A DNA stretch of 64,000 bases from Obrimoposthia wandeli (lineage: Eukaryota): the NCBI GenBank assembly GCA_977020255.1, contig CDROCS010000506.1, forward strand, positions 2,232,001 through 2,296,000, in the 5' to 3' direction. The notes beneath the pieces are model-generated. The model searched no databases and was not told the origin of the DNA. It saw nothing but the letters and a program-made list of their open reading frames with translations. Shown here piece by piece: positions 62,588-64,000 of the stretch. The position numbers and the translations under genes were made by a program. The first letter of the stretch is position 1. Every line of letters starts with the position of its first letter.

Positions 62588-62623
<36 letters not shown>

Positions 62624-62744
62624 GGCTGCACCAGAAGTCATTAGCTTAACCTTCGGGAGGGCGATGACCACGGTGTGGTTCATGACTGGGGTGAAGTCGT
62701 AACAAGGTAGCCCTAGGGGAACCTGGGGCTGGATCACCTCCTTA
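61201..62744 (+). rRNA. rrs: 16S rRNA (Moritella-like)
   Basis: AGAGTTTGATCATGGCTCAG, GTGCCAGCAGCCGCGGTAA, and GGATCACCTCCTTA end. Confidence 0.99.
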
Positions 62745-62821
62745 CGTAAAGTCGTTAATTTTTGTAAGTGCCCACACAAATTGCTTGAATAAAGAAATTA
62801 AAGACATAGTGAAATGTCAGT

Positions 62822-62898
62822 AGGACTGTAGCTCAGTTGGTTAGAGCGCGCCCCTGATAAGGGTGAGGTCGGTAGTTCAAATCTACTCAGTCCTACCA
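62822..62898 (+). tRNA. tRNA-Ile(GAT)
   Basis: AGGACTG/CAGTCCT acceptor stem, CTGATAA anticodon loop, CCA end. Confidence 0.98.
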
Positions 62899-62919
62899 AT
62901 TTCACTAACCACATGATGT

Positions 62920-62995
62920 GGGGCTATAGCTCAGCTGGGAGAGCGCCTGCCTTGCACGCAGGAGGTCTGCGGTTCGATCCCGCATAGCTCCACCA
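62920..62995 (+). tRNA. tRNA-Ala(TGC)
   Basis: GGGGCTATAGCTCAGCTGGGAGAGC...TTGCACG...GCTCCACCA. Confidence 0.98.
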
Positions 62996-63272
62996 CATCA
63001 TGTTCTCAGGAAGAGACCAAAGTTAATACTGCTTAGAATAGCAAGCAAATTAACTTTGGTTTTTTTAACTCTGAAATTCAGAGTTAGAGACACGAAATGT
63101 TGCTTTTTAGCGACTTGCTCTTTAAAAATTTGGAAAGCTGAATAAATAAAGAAGTTCTTAAAACACGTTATTACTTCGGTAATAACAATGAAGTGTTCTT
63201 GAGTATTCTTGAGGCGAAAAAAACTAGATAATACCTAGTTATTTCAATTGTACGGTCTACTTTAGATTGTAT

Positions 63273-64000
63273 GGTTAAGTGACTAAGCGTATACGGTGGA
63301 TGCCTAGGCAGTCAGAGGCGATGAAGGACGTGTTAATCTGCGTTAAGCTGTGGGGAGTTGATAAAAAGCGTTAATCCACAGATTTCCGAATGGGGAACCC
63401 ACCTTACTAAGTAAGGTATCGTTAAGTGAATACATAGCTTAACGAAGCGAACCGGGAGAACTGAAACATCTAAGTACCCCGAGGAAAAGAAATCAATAGA
63501 GATACCCTTAGTAGCGGCGAGCGAACGGGGTCTAGCCCTTAAGCAGTTTGGAAGTTAATGGAAGAATCTGGAAAGTTTCACGATACAGGGTGATAGTCCC
63601 GTACATGAAAACGACCTTACTGTGAAATCGAGTAGGACGGCACACGTGATATGCTGTTTGAATATGGGAGGACCATCTTCCAAGGCTAAATACTACTGAC
63701 TGACCGATAGTGAACCAGTACCGTGAGGGAAAGGCGAAAAGAACCCCTGTGAGGGGAGTGAAATAGAACCTGAAACCGTATACGTACAAGCAGTGGGAGC
63801 AGACTTGTTCTGTGACTGCGTACCTTTTGTATAATGGGTCAACGACTTAATTTCAGTAGCAAGGTTAAGCGAATAGCGGAGCCGTAGGGAAACCGAGTGT
63901 TAACTGCGCGAATAGTTGCTGGGATTAGACCCGAAACCCGGTGATCTAGCCATGGGCAGGTTGAAGGTTGAGTAACATCAACTGGAGGACCGAACCGACT
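63273..64000 (+). rRNA. rrl: 23S rRNA, 5' part (runs off the window)
   Basis: GGTTAAGTGACTAAGCG start; GAACTGAAACATCTAAGTACCC and CTGACCGATAGTGAACCAGTACCGTGAGGGAAAGGCG conserved segments; spacer boxA at 63116. Confidence 0.98.

Noticed and set aside
62912-63003. Inverted repeat CATGATGTG/CACATCATG flanking tRNA-Ala
   Set aside because: Ordinary processing stem of the rrn spacer.
61217-63789. ORFs predicted inside the 16S and 23S genes
   Set aside because: They overlap unambiguous rRNA sequence; such ORFs are routine artefacts.

Overview
This is a chromosomal window from a marine gammaproteobacterium. The 16S signature and gene content point to Moritella (inferred from recognition, not a database search). 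The backbone is core genome: yicC-rph-pyrE-slmA-dut-coaBC-radC-rpmBG-mutM-coaD, a reduced LPS-core locus with waaA/kdkA, glpEG-hldE, ubiCA, plsB-lexA-dinF, frmA-fghA, trmL-cpxAR-fieF-cysE-zapB-rraA, and an rrn operon (16S, tRNA-Ile, tRNA-Ala, partial 23S). Accessory blocks: (i) an AT-rich cassette with a ToxR-like membrane regulator, a divergent ToxS-like partner, an 8-stranded OMP and a decayed OMP copy; (ii) a ttrSR/ttrBCA/tsdBA tetrathionate-thiosulfate cluster whose two promoters share a palindromic box; (iii) a cluster of small ORFs including a DUF1127-like gene; (iv) the hppD-hmgA-fahA-maiA tyrosine catabolism operon; (v) an AT-rich remnant at the yicC 3' end carrying a GGDEF gene, an orphan XRE/HipB-like gene with three operators, and a broken NYN-MbcA/ParS-like gene; (vi) a degenerate polysaccharide deacetylase plus a GT4. 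Other points of note: a GfnR-like LysR lies about 49 kb from frmA but shares a box with it, cpxP is absent although a CpxR box remains, and the lexA-dinF spacer may hold an sRNA/sORF. No CRISPR array, integrase or transposase was seen. All family assignments come from motif recognition by eye.
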